Positions 25,221 to 39,851 of a DNA stretch of 64,000 bases are shown here, one piece after another (the first letter of the stretch is position 1; the number at the start of each line of letters is the position of its first letter). The stretch comes from Octopus vulgaris (Eukaryota). Location of the stretch: contig OX597819.1 in NCBI GenBank assembly GCA_951406725.2, forward strand, positions 110,732,001 through 110,796,000, in the 5' to 3' direction. The notes under the pieces are model-generated. The model was not told the origin of the DNA, made no database searches, and worked only from the letters and a program-made list of their open reading frames with translations. Made by a program: the position numbers and the translations under genes.

Positions 25221-25561
25221 ATTGTACATACAGTAAGGAATATGGTTTCAAATTATAGTTACACCGGTGAAGGTCATTTGACCCGGTGAACAGGCAAGAA
25301 AGCTCCTAAACAGACATGCACACGTACATACACAATCACACACACACACACACACACAAACAAGCACTGACACACACACACACACACATGCACGCATATA
25401 TAACTACGTAGACACAAGCGTGCAGCAAAAACAAACCCATATACACACGTACAAAAACACACAAATCGCGGAGAAACATCTCTAGAAAATATTGTGAAGT
25501 AAACGCGTAGACACACGTAACATTTTACAAAATGACACCAGCAACAAAATTGTCAACACAA

Positions 25562-25718
25562 GGTGCAGAAGCGGCTGTGTGGTAAGTAGCTTGCTTACCA
25601 ACCACATGGTTCCGGGTTCAGTCCCACAGCGTAGCACCTTGGTCAAATTTCTTCTACTATAGCTTCGGGTCGACCAAAGCCTTGTGAGTGGATTTGGCAG
25701 ACAGAAGTTGAAAGAAGC

Positions 25719-25772
<54 letters not shown>

Positions 25773-25986
25773 ATATATATATATGTGTGTGTGTGTATTT
25801 TGTCCTCCACCATCGCGTGACAACTGATGTTGGTGTGTTTACGTTCCTGTAACTTTGCGGTTCGGCAAAAGTCCGATAGAATAAGTACTAGGCTTACAAA
25901 AGAATGAGGCCTGGGGTCGATTTGTTCGACTAAGGGAGGTGCTCCTGCATGGGCGCTGTCAAATTACTGAAACAAATGAAAGAATA
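25562..25986 (+). mobile_element. SINE family A
   Basis: Full match with an expanded internal (TA)n. Confidence 0.9.
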
Positions 25987-26124
25987 TATATATATATCAT
26001 ATAATCATCACCCATATATATATACACCCACAGATATACATAGTCTTTTATAATTTCGTTTACATGTTACAGTTATCACACTGCGACCATGCTGGGGCAC
26101 CGCCTTGAAGAATTTTTAATCGTA

Positions 26125-26240
26125 TGTTTATTGTCTCTTATTCCTTTCTGCTGAAGAGTATAGGGTCGAAACATAAACGACTTTTTTTTATTTTTCCCGA
26201 GCGTCAAACTAATACACCTGCTTGTTGATCATACACCTGT
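26125..26240 (+). mobile_element. short repeat with hammerhead-like core (Penelope-associated type)
   Basis: CTGAAGAG-TATAGG-GTC-GAAAC; same family as 42007-42140 (-) and the fragment at 23258-23300. Confidence 0.5.
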
Positions 26241-26524
26241 CTAAGGCGGGGAGCTGGCAGAAACGTTAGCGATATGATCCGTTTACCTCCTCCCCCAAAA
26301 TTGCTGGCCTCGCGCCAAAATTTGAAACCAACATTTAATACGCTTCCAGTGGATTTTGGCAGTGTTGACGATGATGATGATGATAATGATAGTAAGAATG
26401 GTGACAATTGTAAAGGTGCTTTTTGTAGTAAGTATTGGCCTAACGGCAACGATACGCGCTATGGTAGCAATAAATAATAATTAGTATAAGCAATACTGGC
26501 TGTCCTAATGATGGTGAAGATATT

Positions 26525-26604
26525 GGAGATAGTAGTAGTAGTAGTTGTAGTAGTAGTAGTAGTAGCGGCAGCACAAGCAGCAGAAGTAGCAGCGGCACAG
26601 CATC

Positions 26605-26648
<44 letters not shown>

Positions 26649-26672
26649 CAGTAGTAGTAGTAGTAGTAGAAA

Positions 26673-26711
<39 letters not shown>

Positions 26712-26770
26712 TAGTAGTAGCAGCAGCAGCAGTGTTAGTTGTAGTAGTAGTAGTAGTAGTAGTAGTGTTG
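26525..26770. repeat. (GTA)n/(GCA)n tract
   Basis: Direct inspection. Confidence 0.9.
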
Positions 26771-27913
26771 CTTTGCAACATCAGGATAAATGGGCTGGGT
26801 TTTTCCGTTCACATTTTAGCTCACCACGGTCTTAAGTCTTCTCTGTTCTCTTGCAAATTGAGAGCTTTTTTCTTTATTGTTGCTGCTGCTTATGTAGTTG
26901 TTTGTAGAGTGGAACAGCGTCTCTTTCTCTTTCACCTGACACCGGTAAAGCATTTTGTTTTGGATGGCGGTCGTGCAACGTAAGAAGACTTGTATCAACA
27001 GGGGAACAACGGTTTCAAAATCACCGGATGTAACAGAACAGTACGATAGCTTAATGGAACATATTTTTCAGTCTTTTGTCAGATATTTGCTAAAGAGCGA
27101 CAGTGTGTGTGTGTATGTGTGTGTGTGTGTGTGTGTGTGTATGAAGGGGTTATACTGGTATAGATGATAGAGAGAAGGGAAGTGTGGAGTATGGAGTAAG
27201 GAGAGCAACGTACTAGGAAGGTGGCGGAGAAAGGAGCAGAGTATCATTAAACGTGGATTTTCCATACTGATAACAGTGGCAGCGATAGCAGTGGTAGTTG
27301 CACTGGTGATCATAATGGTAGGAAGGGTCGTTGTGGTATGGTGAATGTTGTAGTAAAAGTTGTACTAGTAGTAGTAATAGCAGTAGTAGAGGTGGTTCTA
27401 GTGGTTGTGGCTGTGGTAATCGTTTTAGTAAGGCCATGGAGCAGTGGAAAGCAAATAAGAAGTAGAAGTTCTCTCTTTCTCGCCCTTTCAGTCTGTCTAT
27501 ATGTATATATGGTGCTGAAATGTTGGAGACCTTGGGTTATACAAAATACCGGAGGATAAGATAATTCTGATTTTATTCATCATATTCCCCTCTCAGATTC
27601 ACACACTTTTGCAGCGGTCCTTCTGGTTTTCTAAGCTCTGTAAAAGAACTCGGAAGATTGAGCGTCCAGCCAGGCCTTTTGCGACACCAGGAACTTTTCA
27701 GCAACATCCATCCATCCATCCATACCTACCTACCTTTCTTCCTTCCTACCTACCTACCTACCTACCTACCTACCTACCTACCTACCTACCTACCTACCTA
27801 CCTACCTACATACATACATACATACATACATACATGCATACGTACATACTTGTCGGTCCTATATAGCTATGTCCATAATCTGAACAAGTTATGAAATTAA
27901 TTAAATTCCTGGA

Positions 27914-28872
27914 TTACCAAATGAAGCTGGTCTTAATTGTGAACCTCTCTCCTTCTTTGAATTGAAATTCCGAGTGTTCCAGTAAGTTGGGGCATATTCT
28001 ATAGTTTGGACGTCCACATTTTTTAACCATTGGTTTCGTGGTTGCTGTGTAAAGCTTCGCATTTGCAGAAGTGTTTTTGGAGTTTTTACATTTGATGAAT
28101 TTACATGTTTTCAGAATGTTGTTAATTTCTGGATCCCTAGTGAGCATAGGTAAATTTTGTACAATAGTGTTGTATGCCTCATTGTTCCTAGGGTTATGAT
28201 AATATTTTTAGATGAGGTGTGGTGTTTCGTTTTGTTTCCCTTAGTGTTTGAATGCCTATTTTCTTGACACATTTAATTCCATCATCTAAAAGTGAGGGTG
28301 GATAGTGTTTCTCACTTAGTGTTGTTTTAAGTTTTTGAAGACGGAGGTTCCGAGTATTTCCATCAGACACTATTGTGCAAATCCTTTTCGCTAAATTAAA
28401 GGGAATATTCCTTTTGATGTGTTTTGGGTGGCATGAGGTAAACAGAAGATATTGCTTCGAGCCCGTTGGTTTATGATAAATGTCAGTTACAATTTGGTTG
28501 ACATTTTTTTTTTATCAGAATATCCAAGAAAGGGAGCTGTTGTTTGCTATATTCCGTTGTAAACTGAATATTAGGGTTTATACTATTTAGTATTGATTTA
28601 AATTCCGAAAATTTATCAATAATCTCATTCCAAATAATAAAGTAGTCTCAAGATATTTTTTCTAGTTCTTTCTTATATAATGGTGAAATGGATATCCATA
28701 TTATTGCAGTGAAACTTCATATATGGTGAATTCAAAATAATATTAGGTTCGCAAGTACAGGGGCTGCTTTCGTTCCCATCGCAATTCCACATTTTTGTCG
28801 ATAGTAGGTGTCATCAAATAGGAAATAATTCTTCTGAAGTAAAAAATTTAAACTTTCGATAATAAAATCAAA
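27914..28872 (-). mobile_element. Penelope-like element RT/thumb/linker fragment (degraded)
   Basis: YRQKCGIAMGTKAAPVLANL, NIQFT.E....LPFLDILI, TDIYHKPT..QYL.F.SCHP.HIKRNIP, KCGRPN.RICP; truncated before the GIY-YIG domain. Confidence 0.88.
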
Positions 28873-28875
28873 ATA

Positions 28876-28980
28876 TGCTATGATTAGCGAAAGCGAAACC
28901 CGTCGACAACCACAATACTCTTTCATTTAAAATATATTAAAATAGAAGTAAACTGTGTGCATTTTCCTCCTTTTGTTTTA
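28876..28980 (+). ncRNA. degenerate minimal hammerhead motif in an inverted segment at the PLE 5' truncation
   Basis: ATGATTA-GC GAAA GC-GAAA-CCCG-TC compared with CTGATGA-GC GAAA GC-GAAA-CGCG-TC. Confidence 0.5.
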
Positions 28981-29069
28981 TATATATATAATACAAATGT
29001 GTGTGTGTGTGTATATGTGCGCGTGTGTGCATGTGAGTGCTTTGCGCTTTGTGTTCGTACCCTAACCAC

Positions 29070-29360
29070 CCTAAAACTTTTTAATACTTTTTGATAGTTA
29101 TATATATTTTAAAAAAAATAAATAAATATATAATAAAATTAAAAATAATAATAAAAATAAAAATAATAGAATATATATATATAAATTTATAAGTATAAAT
29201 TTATAATTAAAAATCTTTTAAAAATTTTAACTTTAAATTTAGATAATTTAAATTTTGAATTTTATATTTTATATATTTTGTATATTATATTAATTTTATT
29301 TCTATGTTTTGGTTTATGTTTTTCACTATCTGATTTGCATAATAGTGGTTTTATCTCTAA

Positions 29361-29366
<6 letters not shown>
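29070..29366. repeat. very AT-rich repeat, same family as the 59301-59547 palindrome arm
   Basis: Shared TAATACTTTT.GATA start and AATAGTGGTTTTATCTCTAATTTAATAT end. Confidence 0.7.
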
Positions 29367-29405
<39 letters not shown>

Positions 29406-29407
29406 TA

Positions 29408-29625
29408 AGTGGTCTGATCAATAAGTATCCGGACTGTTGCTATAGTAACGAAGCTAAAGCATGGGGATTGATGCTGCTTGGCACAGATTGACTTTGCACT
29501 CTGTTGTGCATGCGCACTACGTTTTAACATTCTGGCTCGCTTCTGGTGTTTACAGCAGTACTTGGAAGGAAGGTGTGTAGCGGGTGATCGTCGCATTCGT
29601 GCGGATACTTATGGATCAATCCGCG
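29408..29625. mobile_element. mariner-type MITE
   Basis: TIRs AGTGGTCTGATCAATAAGTATCCGGA / TGCGGATACTTATGGATCAATCCGCG, flanked by TA. Confidence 0.8.
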
Positions 29626-29679
29626 TATATTATATATATATATGTATATATATGTGTATATATTTTATATATATATATG

Positions 29680-29725
<46 letters not shown>

Positions 29726-29726
<1 letters not shown>

Positions 29727-30131
29727 CTTTTCTTTTCCTTTTCTTTTACTTGTTTCAGTCATTTGACTGCGGCCATGCTGGAGCACCGCCTTTAATCGAG
29801 CAACTCGACCCCGGGACTTATTCTTTGTAAGCCCAGTATTTATTCTATCGGTCTTTTTTTGCCGAACCACTAAGTGACGGGGACATAAACACACCAGCGT
29901 CGGTTGTCAAGCAATGCTAGGGGGACAAACACAGACACACAAACACACACACATACATATATATACATATATACGACGGGCTTCTTTCAGTTTCCGTCTA
30001 CCAAATCCACTCACAAGGCTTAGGTCGGCCCGAGGCTATGGTAGAAGACACTTGCCCAAGGTGCCACGCAGTGGGACTGAACCCGGAACCATGTGGTTGG
30101 TAAATAAGCTACTTACCACACAGCCACTCCT
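29726..30131 (-). mobile_element. SINE family A (young-looking)
   Basis: Near-consensus reverse-complement match. Confidence 0.92.
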
Positions 30132-30150
30132 ATATATATATATACATACA

Positions 30151-30249
<99 letters not shown>

Positions 30250-31119
30250 ATTGAGATTTCTGTGAAATTACTTATTCACAACTTAGAATTCTTCAGGTGA
30301 ATTATGTGTCGACCTTTGCAAAATTTACCGTGAAATGTACTGTTGATATATAAAACTTTCTGTAAAATTACGTGTCTCAATATATAGAATTTTATAAGTA
30401 TATAGAATTTTCTATGAAATTACGTGTCAACTTATAAAATGTTTCTGTGAAATTACGTGTCGCCTTATATGGAAGTTTCTAGGAAATTGTGTGTCAATCT
30501 ATATAGAAGTTTCTGAAATCTTACGTGTCAATTTATAAAAATGTTGCTGTGAAATTACTTACAAAGTTCTATAGAAATTATCTGTTGAAATTCGTTGCGA
30601 CATTGACAGTCGTTTATGTGAAGTTACGTTTCAAGTAATTTTCTGTTATCTTAGGACTCAACGTCTCTGGAATTTTCTGTGAATTTGTGAGTTGGACTAA
30701 GCAGAATTTGCCCTGATATTACCCGTGGACCTATATAGATAGTTTGTGATAAATTATGTATTGTCTTAGGAAACATTTCTGTGAATTTGCGTTTCGACAT
30801 CTATAAAACTTTCCAGTAAGCTTATGTGTCGAGCTATATGCAAGTTTATGTAAAATGACGTATCAGCCTCTATGGAAGTTTCTCTGAAATTCTCTTATTT
30901 AGAAGTTTCTGCTAAATTGTGTCTCCGACCTATGCAAAGAGTATGTGAAATAATATGGCGCAGGAGTGGTTGTGTGGTAAGCAGCTTGCTTACCAACCAC
31001 ATGGTCTCAGATTCAGTTCCACTGTGTGGCACCTTAGTCAAGTGTGTTCTACTATAGCCTCGCGCCGACCAAAACCTTGTGAGTGGATTTGGTAGACGGA
31101 AACTGGAAGAAGCCCGTCG

Positions 31120-31212
<93 letters not shown>

Positions 31213-31480
31213 TTGTGTGTCTGTTTGTCCTCCCAGCATCGCTTGACAACCGATGCTGGTGTGTTTATGTACCTGTAACTTAGCGGTTCGACAAAAAGAC
31301 ACCGATAGAATAAGTACTATGCTTACAAAGAATAAGCTCTGGGGTCGATTTGCTCGATTATAAAGGCGCTGTTCCAGCAAGGCCGCAGACGAATGACTGA
31401 AACAAGTAAAAGAGTAAAACGAATATATACAAAAACTTCAGTGAAATTACGTTTGGATTTATTGGAAAAATTCATTAAAA
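30250..31480. repeat. diverged ~34-bp minisatellite (~20 units), interrupted by SINE A
   Basis: Consensus about TTTCTGTGAAATTACGTGTCGACCTATATAGAAG; resumes after 31420 (TTCAGTGAAATTACGTTT). Confidence 0.85.
30957..31419 (+). mobile_element. SINE family A
   Basis: Full match, inserted into the minisatellite. Confidence 0.92.
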
Positions 31481-32088
31481 TTGATAGTTTCTTTGAAATT
31501 ATACAAACATGTTTATTATTCATCTGTGTCTCTGAGTGTATTTGGAATTTTCTGAGTACCATGGTTCCGCATTTGTATAGCCACCGTCCGATGGTGGTCT
31601 TCCTTAAAAGATTAAAACAATGTGTGTGTACTGGTTTATGTATATCACTGTTTTTATTTGGGTGCATCTGTGTGTATATATATATGTGTGTGTGTTATAG
31701 ATACATCAGTGGGTGTTTATGTGTGTTTGTATACAATTTTGAATATGTTTTGTATGTATTTATTTAAGTGTATGTGTGTGTGAGTACGTGTGTGTGTATT
31801 TATGTACGTTTTCATGTATATGATAATATGTGGGCGTGTTTTGTGCTCATGTTTAATCTGTATGTGTATGTGTCTATTTATATGTGTGTGTATTTATTTA
31901 TATGTGTGTGTTGGTATGTATTTATATGTATGGGCCTGATTGTTTGCAGTACAGATATGTACACATTTGCATATAAATTTATGTCTGAAAGTGTATGTTT
32001 CTGTGTGTGTATTTATGCATGTTTGTGTCTATATACTTTTATATACATGTTGGTATATAAACATATCTCGATATATATATAGTTGTAT

Positions 32089-32131
<43 letters not shown>

Positions 32132-32147
32132 TGTGTATGTGTGTGCG

Positions 32148-32189
<42 letters not shown>

Positions 32190-32190
<1 letters not shown>

Positions 32191-32736
32191 GAGCAAAACG
32201 CCCCCTGTCCAATGGACGGTGCTGAGTTGTCAAACATTTAAACCAAATTTTCTCAAAACAACTTGTCCGACTGTCTCAGAGGCCTCCCCTTTGAGAAACA
32301 CTGATTTAAATTTGAGACAACAGCAAAAGAAGAAATAAAGATAGACTTTTTTCTATTCCAAAGAAAAACGATTTTATTCACACAAATATGCAACTGAAGA
32401 GTTTAAAGTACCAGTAATGATAAGGCTGTTGACTGGAAGAACACAAACATGGTTTAAATAGTAAGCGTGGCAGGAAAGAAACGTGCCTTTAAGAAGAACA
32501 AAAATAACAAAAAAATGGAAGGTGCAGTTATGTACAGGTTGACGGAAGAAAAGCAGGACAAAAACAGCTTTATCGATCGCATTTTCACCTGGAATCGATT
32601 TTTGTAATTTTTTTCAAGACTTATGCACGCCCTAATACCGTCGGTATCTACATATCAAATTTGAGCGCAATCGGATGGAGGATGCCCGAGGTCCGAGAAG
32701 ACACACAGAGACAGACAGACAGAACGGATTTTATAT

Positions 32737-32742
<6 letters not shown>
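32190..32742 (-). mobile_element. non-autonomous Helitron-like element, family H2
   Basis: Minus strand: 5' TATATAAAATCCGTTCTGTCTGTC, 3' hairpin CCGTCCA-T-TGGAC.GG then CTCG|T; homologous to 56375-57050. Confidence 0.75.
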
Positions 32743-32777
<35 letters not shown>

Positions 32778-32779
<2 letters not shown>

Positions 32780-33117
32780 GAGACCCCCTTCGGTCACGAC
32801 ACAGACCATGGGATTGCACCTAGAAAGTTATCCTCCTAGACACAAGTCCGGGCGAGGTTGTTTATGGAAGACCTGCAGTCGCCCATGCATACCAGCCTCC
32901 CCTCTCCACGCCACGAGTGTTAAATAAGGGAAAGACAAAGGTCGATACGGCTTGGCACCAGTGACGTCGCAACTCATTTCTACAGCTGAGTGAACTGGAG
33001 CAACGTGAAATAAAGTGTCTTGCTCAAGAACACAACACGCATCCCGGTCCGGGATTCGAGCTCACAACCTCACGATCGTAAGTTCGACGCTCTAACCACT
33101 GAGCCATGCGCCTTCAC
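32778..33117 (-). mobile_element. tRNA-derived CORE-type SINE, family D
   Basis: GGCGCATGGCTCAGTGGTTAGAGCG A box, GCTCGAATCCC B box, TTCTTGAGCAAGACACTTT...GTAGAAATGAG CORE-like domain. Confidence 0.85.
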
Positions 33118-33129
33118 ACTAAACAAACG

Positions 33130-33201
33130 TTCCCATACCGGGAATCGAACCCGGGCCGCCTGGGTGAAAGCCAGGAATCCTAACCACTAGACCACATGGG
33201 A
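33130..33201 (-). tRNA. trnE-UUC: tRNA-Glu (anticodon TTC)
   Basis: TCCCATGTGGTCTAGTGGTTAGGATTCCTGGCTTTCACCCAGGCGGCCCGGGTTCGATTCCCGGTATGGGAA, 72 nt, intact cloverleaf with A and B boxes. Confidence 0.97.
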
Positions 33202-33719
33202 AGGTTATATATATATGTTGTGTATTTATCAGTCACTTCGTGTGTATATTCTTTTATTCTTTTACTCGTTTCAGCCATGCGGCTGCGGTTATGCTGGAGC
33301 ATATATATGTATAATCTGAGTATATGTGTGCTTATTTATGGATCTATATACAAACTTGTGTGTTTTTATGAGTGTGTATATATGTATGTTTACATCAATA
33401 TGCATTTACGCGGCTGTTTGTTAACAGCTTTATCTGTGGATGTATGTGTTTATATAGAGGTTTGTGTACGTTTATATACATTGTATGTTTGAATACAAGT
33501 TCCTTTATTTTATCTGTGTTTGTATATAGAGCTGTGTGTCTGTTTGTATACACGCTTCTATGTTAGTTGTGTATATACATGAACATTTGTATTCAGGATT
33601 GTGTGTATATATGTGTGTGTATTTATGCATAAATCCCTGTGTTTCTATGAGATCATGGTGACAGATTTTCTGTATGACTTCGTGCATGTGTATGTATGCC
33701 TGTGTATGAATATACCTGT

Positions 33720-33784
<65 letters not shown>

Positions 33785-33919
33785 TCTGTGAATGCATCTG
33801 CAATATTTGTGTGTAAGCAGTACTCAAGATGGTGTAAAGTATCAAATCCGGCTCTCTATTGCGTCGTGTGTCGCTATACAGTATCTACCTTACCCCCTAA
33901 CCCGCAAAATATAATGTAC

Positions 33920-33997
33920 ACACCATGTGGGAATTGAACCCACATCCGCTCTGCTTTCATTAACAGCCACACACATTACTTCCACGTAACCTGCTGT
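33920..33997 (-). pseudogene. degenerate tRNA-like remnant
   Basis: T-arm GTGGGTTCAATTCCCAC is intact; the other arms are poor; possible GTT anticodon loop. Confidence 0.35.
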
Positions 33998-34371
33998 TAT
34001 AAGACTAATGTTTGTAACATCAACAATAGAGTTAGACGGATGACTCAAAAATAAGCCATGACACACTTAAACGTTCACGTATACACACACGTATACACAC
34101 GCGCGCGCACCTGCCCGTACACTTTTGAAGGTGTACAATTCGGAGATACAAACAGACATAAACAAATATACGGGAATCCCCTTGTAAATTGATCCGTTCT
34201 GGGTTCAAATCCTGCCTAGGTCGATTTTGTCTCATTCCGGATTCAATGAAATAAGGCAATGGTCGGTTCCGGGCCATTGTAGAAGAAAAAAAGGGTTGTC
34301 CAAGAGCTCTAACTAGTAATAGGAGGAGAAAAAATTATGATTATTATAATTCCTCTCCTCCTTCCCACATC

Positions 34372-35560
<1,189 letters not shown>

Positions 35561-36243
35561 ATTAGTAGTTGTTGTTGTAATGGTGGCGGTAAAAAGTGAC
35601 AGAGGTTGTAATGCTAGCGATTCACTAAACCTTAATTATGGTGGAGGTGATGTAATTGTTTAGATCAAGATCGAGTCCTATTGAAGAGAGCTTTGATCAA
35701 GGCGTTCCAGCCATGACCATACCAAATAACATTGTCAGTGTCCCACGACTACATAATCCAGTGTGTCTCAAGATGTTAGCAAGTGTTCGTGTGGTCGCTT
35801 TGCAGACACATTTGTGCCGGAATCGATGTCATCGCGTCTCATGGTGATTGTGGTGATGATGTTGATGATGATGGTTGTTCAATGGTGAACATAAAACGAT
35901 GACGATATAAGAAAAAACAACCATAATGATAAAGGGTATTGATGATGTGACGGTGATGAAGAGTGTAATGGTGGCGGTTGATTCTGATGAGGTTGATGAC
36001 GACGACGATGATAGTAGTGGTGGTGGTGGTGTTGGTGTTGGTGGTGGTGGTGGTGATGATAATTATGGTGATGAAGGGATGAGGAGGATGAGATGGATGA
36101 AGAAGATGAGGTGGATGAGAAGGATGAGGTGGATGAGGAGAATGAGGTGGAGGATGAGGTGGATGAGGGGGATGAGGTGGATGAGGATGTTGATAATGAC
36201 GACGATGACTCTAAGCAATGATGACGATGATGATGATGATGAC

Positions 36244-36280
<37 letters not shown>

Positions 36281-36448
36281 GTAATTATGACGATGCCTAC
36301 GGTGATGACGAGGTGTTTACCTGTACTCAATTTCCATGGTATTTTCCACAACCAACCCATTAACATAAAAAGAAAAGCTGTTATCAAAACATTATCGGTC
36401 TGTTTGGAAGGGAAGTACACATGTTGTTGGGGAAAGGTGGGAGACATG

Positions 36449-36464
36449 GAAGAAGAAGAAGAAG

Positions 36465-36496
<32 letters not shown>

Positions 36497-36740
36497 GAAG
36501 AAGAAGATAAGAAGAAAAGAAGAAGGAAAAGATAATAATAAGAAGAAAATAAGAAGAAAAGAAGAAGAAGAAGAAGAAGAAGACGAAGAAGAAGTTAAAG
36601 AAGAAAAGAAGAAGACGAAGAAGAAGTTAAAGAAGAAGAAGAAGAAGAAGAAGAAGAAGAAGAAGAAGAAGAAGAAGAAGACGAAGAAGAAGTTAAAGAA
36701 GAAGAAGAAGAAGAAGAAGAAGAAGAAGAAGAAGAAGAAG

Positions 36741-36772
<32 letters not shown>

Positions 36773-37100
36773 GAAGAAGAAGATAAGAAGAAAAGAAGAA
36801 GGAAAAGATAATAATAAGAAGAAAATAAGAAGAAAAGAAGAAGAAAAGAAGAAGAAGAAGAAGAAGAAGAAGAAGAAGACGAAGAAGAAGTTAAAGAAGA
36901 AAAGAAGAAGACGAAGAAAGAAGAAGAAGAAGAAGAAGAAGAAGAAGACGAAGAAGAAGTTAAAGAAGAAAAAGAAGAAGAAGAAGAAGAAGAAGAAGAA
37001 GAAGAAGGAAGAAGAAGAAGAAGAAGAAGAAGAAGAAGAAGAAGAAGAAGAAGAAGAAGAAGAAGAAGAAGAAGAAGAAGAAGAAGACGACGACGAAGAA
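36449..37100 (+). repeat. (GAA)n tract with higher-order duplicated blocks
   Basis: Block GATAAGAAGAAAAGAAGAAGGAAAAGATAATAATAAG at ~36506 and ~36782; repeated GACGAAGAAGAAGTTAAA. Confidence 0.92.
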
Positions 37101-37478
37101 GTTTTAAAGATGGAAACAGCATTTCCCAATCGGTTTCGACGACATTCACTATGATTATGTTTTTCTTGTTGTCAAAGCTGATGATATTATTGACGGTGGT
37201 GATAAGGATTTGGTCATGGCAATGAGAAAGAGGTCGATTACGATGATGACAACGACATCGATAATAATGATGACGATGATGATGATGAATGATGAAGAAC
37301 GATCATGATCATGATGGTGACGACGATGAAGACGATGACCATTTCATAATCACTCACGATAACGATAATGATAACGTTGATCATTATGGTGATGATGATG
37401 ATCCTGTTTGTCATGATCATGATCATGATGATGACTGCGATGATGACGATGACAATGCCATGATCACTGATGTTGACA

Positions 37479-37517
<39 letters not shown>

Positions 37518-37799
37518 GTGACCGTGACAATCACGATGATGATGACTACATCAAAGACGATAACATCGACGATGTTGAGGAGGACTGATATCGTAACGAT
37601 ATCCTTGTATAAGAGAGAGAATACTAGATATAAAAAAAAATTTAAAAAAAACTTGCAAACATGTACCTGAGGATTGAGTGAATGCACCAGACGTGTTATA
37701 AAATTACGTTTGATCTGTTTTCCTCGCATGAAACTATTAGTAGCTCATGAAAATATATATTATGTTCATTATAATCTCTCTGTCTGTCTGTCTCTGACT

Positions 37800-38217
<418 letters not shown>

Positions 38218-39651
38218 ACTGAGAGATAGGAATAGATACACATACTTTCATCATATGTTGTGTGTATATATGTATAAACTGAAACGCTTTATCATCAGAG
38301 AAATTCTATTGTGTTAAATCATTCAACTATCCCGAGCCCCCCACCTCACCCTCCAAAATTTCACGGTCCCCCACCCCTTTCACAAGAAAACAAAACAAAA
38401 AAAAGCTTCCTCTCACCACAATCATCCCAGCACAAACCAGAAGCCATTGCTACGCAAACATCCCGAGTAAACAACCTGATGGCTTTGCTATTATGTTTAG
38501 TAAACTTTTTGTTCTTTTTCTGTCGAGCAACACCAAGACCATCTGGCCTTATTGGTTTCTTTGACCGTTTTGTTTCATATCTTTTCGTTTTATTTTTCCT
38601 TTCTTATATCCTCGCCTCCTCCCCACTGGCTTTCATTCATTCATTTATATTTTGTCGTTCCATGTTTTTTTTTTGTTTTTGTTTTCATATTTCTTTCTTT
38701 TTATTCTTAGGTAGCCATTGTTTTTTCCGCTGTTTATGTTTTTCTTTATTTCTATAATCACCCTTTCATCCTTTATTCTTACCTTTCTGCTCCCTTAGAA
38801 GTCTAATCTCTCCTTGTTTGTTTGTTTCTTTCTTTCTTTATCCCGTCCGTCATTTTCTCATCTCCTTTATTCTCCTCCCTGTCGTCCATCTTTACTTCGC
38901 CGCTGTATATCTCACTAAAGAGACACCAATCTTTTGACTTTCTCTTTTAAAACTTTACAATCTGTCACAAAATGCTTCAAACAAAGACTCCCACTCTCAC
39001 GTTCTCTCTCTCACTGTATCTCCCTCTCCCTCTCTCAATCTCCCCCATCTCTCTCTCTGATCACCTCACACTATTCCCAATGACACCCATACTGACTTTA
39101 CAACCGAAACATCAGATCTCACCCTACCATCCTCACATTTGAAATTGTAACCTTTGACATCGCTTAATCGCTTGCCACCAAATGTGGAGTTATTTCTCAT
39201 TCTGTGGTTATCATTGTGGTTACTGTTATTAGGGTGGATTAACTTTGCGGCATTTAGCTATGTTGCTTTATGCCTTGAGATCGATTACAACCAAAGTCAT
39301 CTTTGCTTTTTATTCCTCTAAGTTTCTATAAAATAAACCCCTGAGTACCAGCTAGAATCAATATAATCAACTTTCCCTCCACATCCGCCCTCTATTAACT
39401 GTGTTAGATATTCATATCATAGTTATTCTAAGGCTAATGATGGACAGGTAGAATCGGTGAGGCAACGGGGTAAATATTGTACTGGGTTAGCAGAATTTAT
39501 AGAAAAAAAACTGAATGGGTGATGGGTTGGTAGAAGACTTGTATTTCAAAAAGAAGGGGAGGTAATCTCAAAAATCAATAACTCTCAAAACTTGATATGT
39601 CACTCAAGAAAAACAAAGGGAAAAGCAATCTATCTGGGGAAAAAATGCCAA

Positions 39652-39694
39652 GTGTGGACACGTGTTTCGGCCTTAATAGACGTCATTATCGCTG
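39652..39694 (-). ncRNA. degenerate hammerhead motif
   Basis: Minus strand GCG-ATAATGA-CGTCT ATT AAGGCC-GAAA-CACGTG-TC-CAC; palindromic helix III and GUC site retained, core decayed. Confidence 0.5.
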
Positions 39695-39817
39695 CTGATA
39701 TACATGTGTATATGCGTTTGTGCATATTTATATGAATATAAACGCATAATATATATGCGCATAATATACGCATGATATCATACATATACGCATAATATCA
39801 TACCTATAAATGGTAGT

Positions 39818-39851
<34 letters not shown>

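Noticed and set aside
30250-30955. CRISPR-like periodic array
   Set aside because: The units are contiguous diverged tandem repeats without unique spacers; the context is eukaryotic and no cas genes are present.
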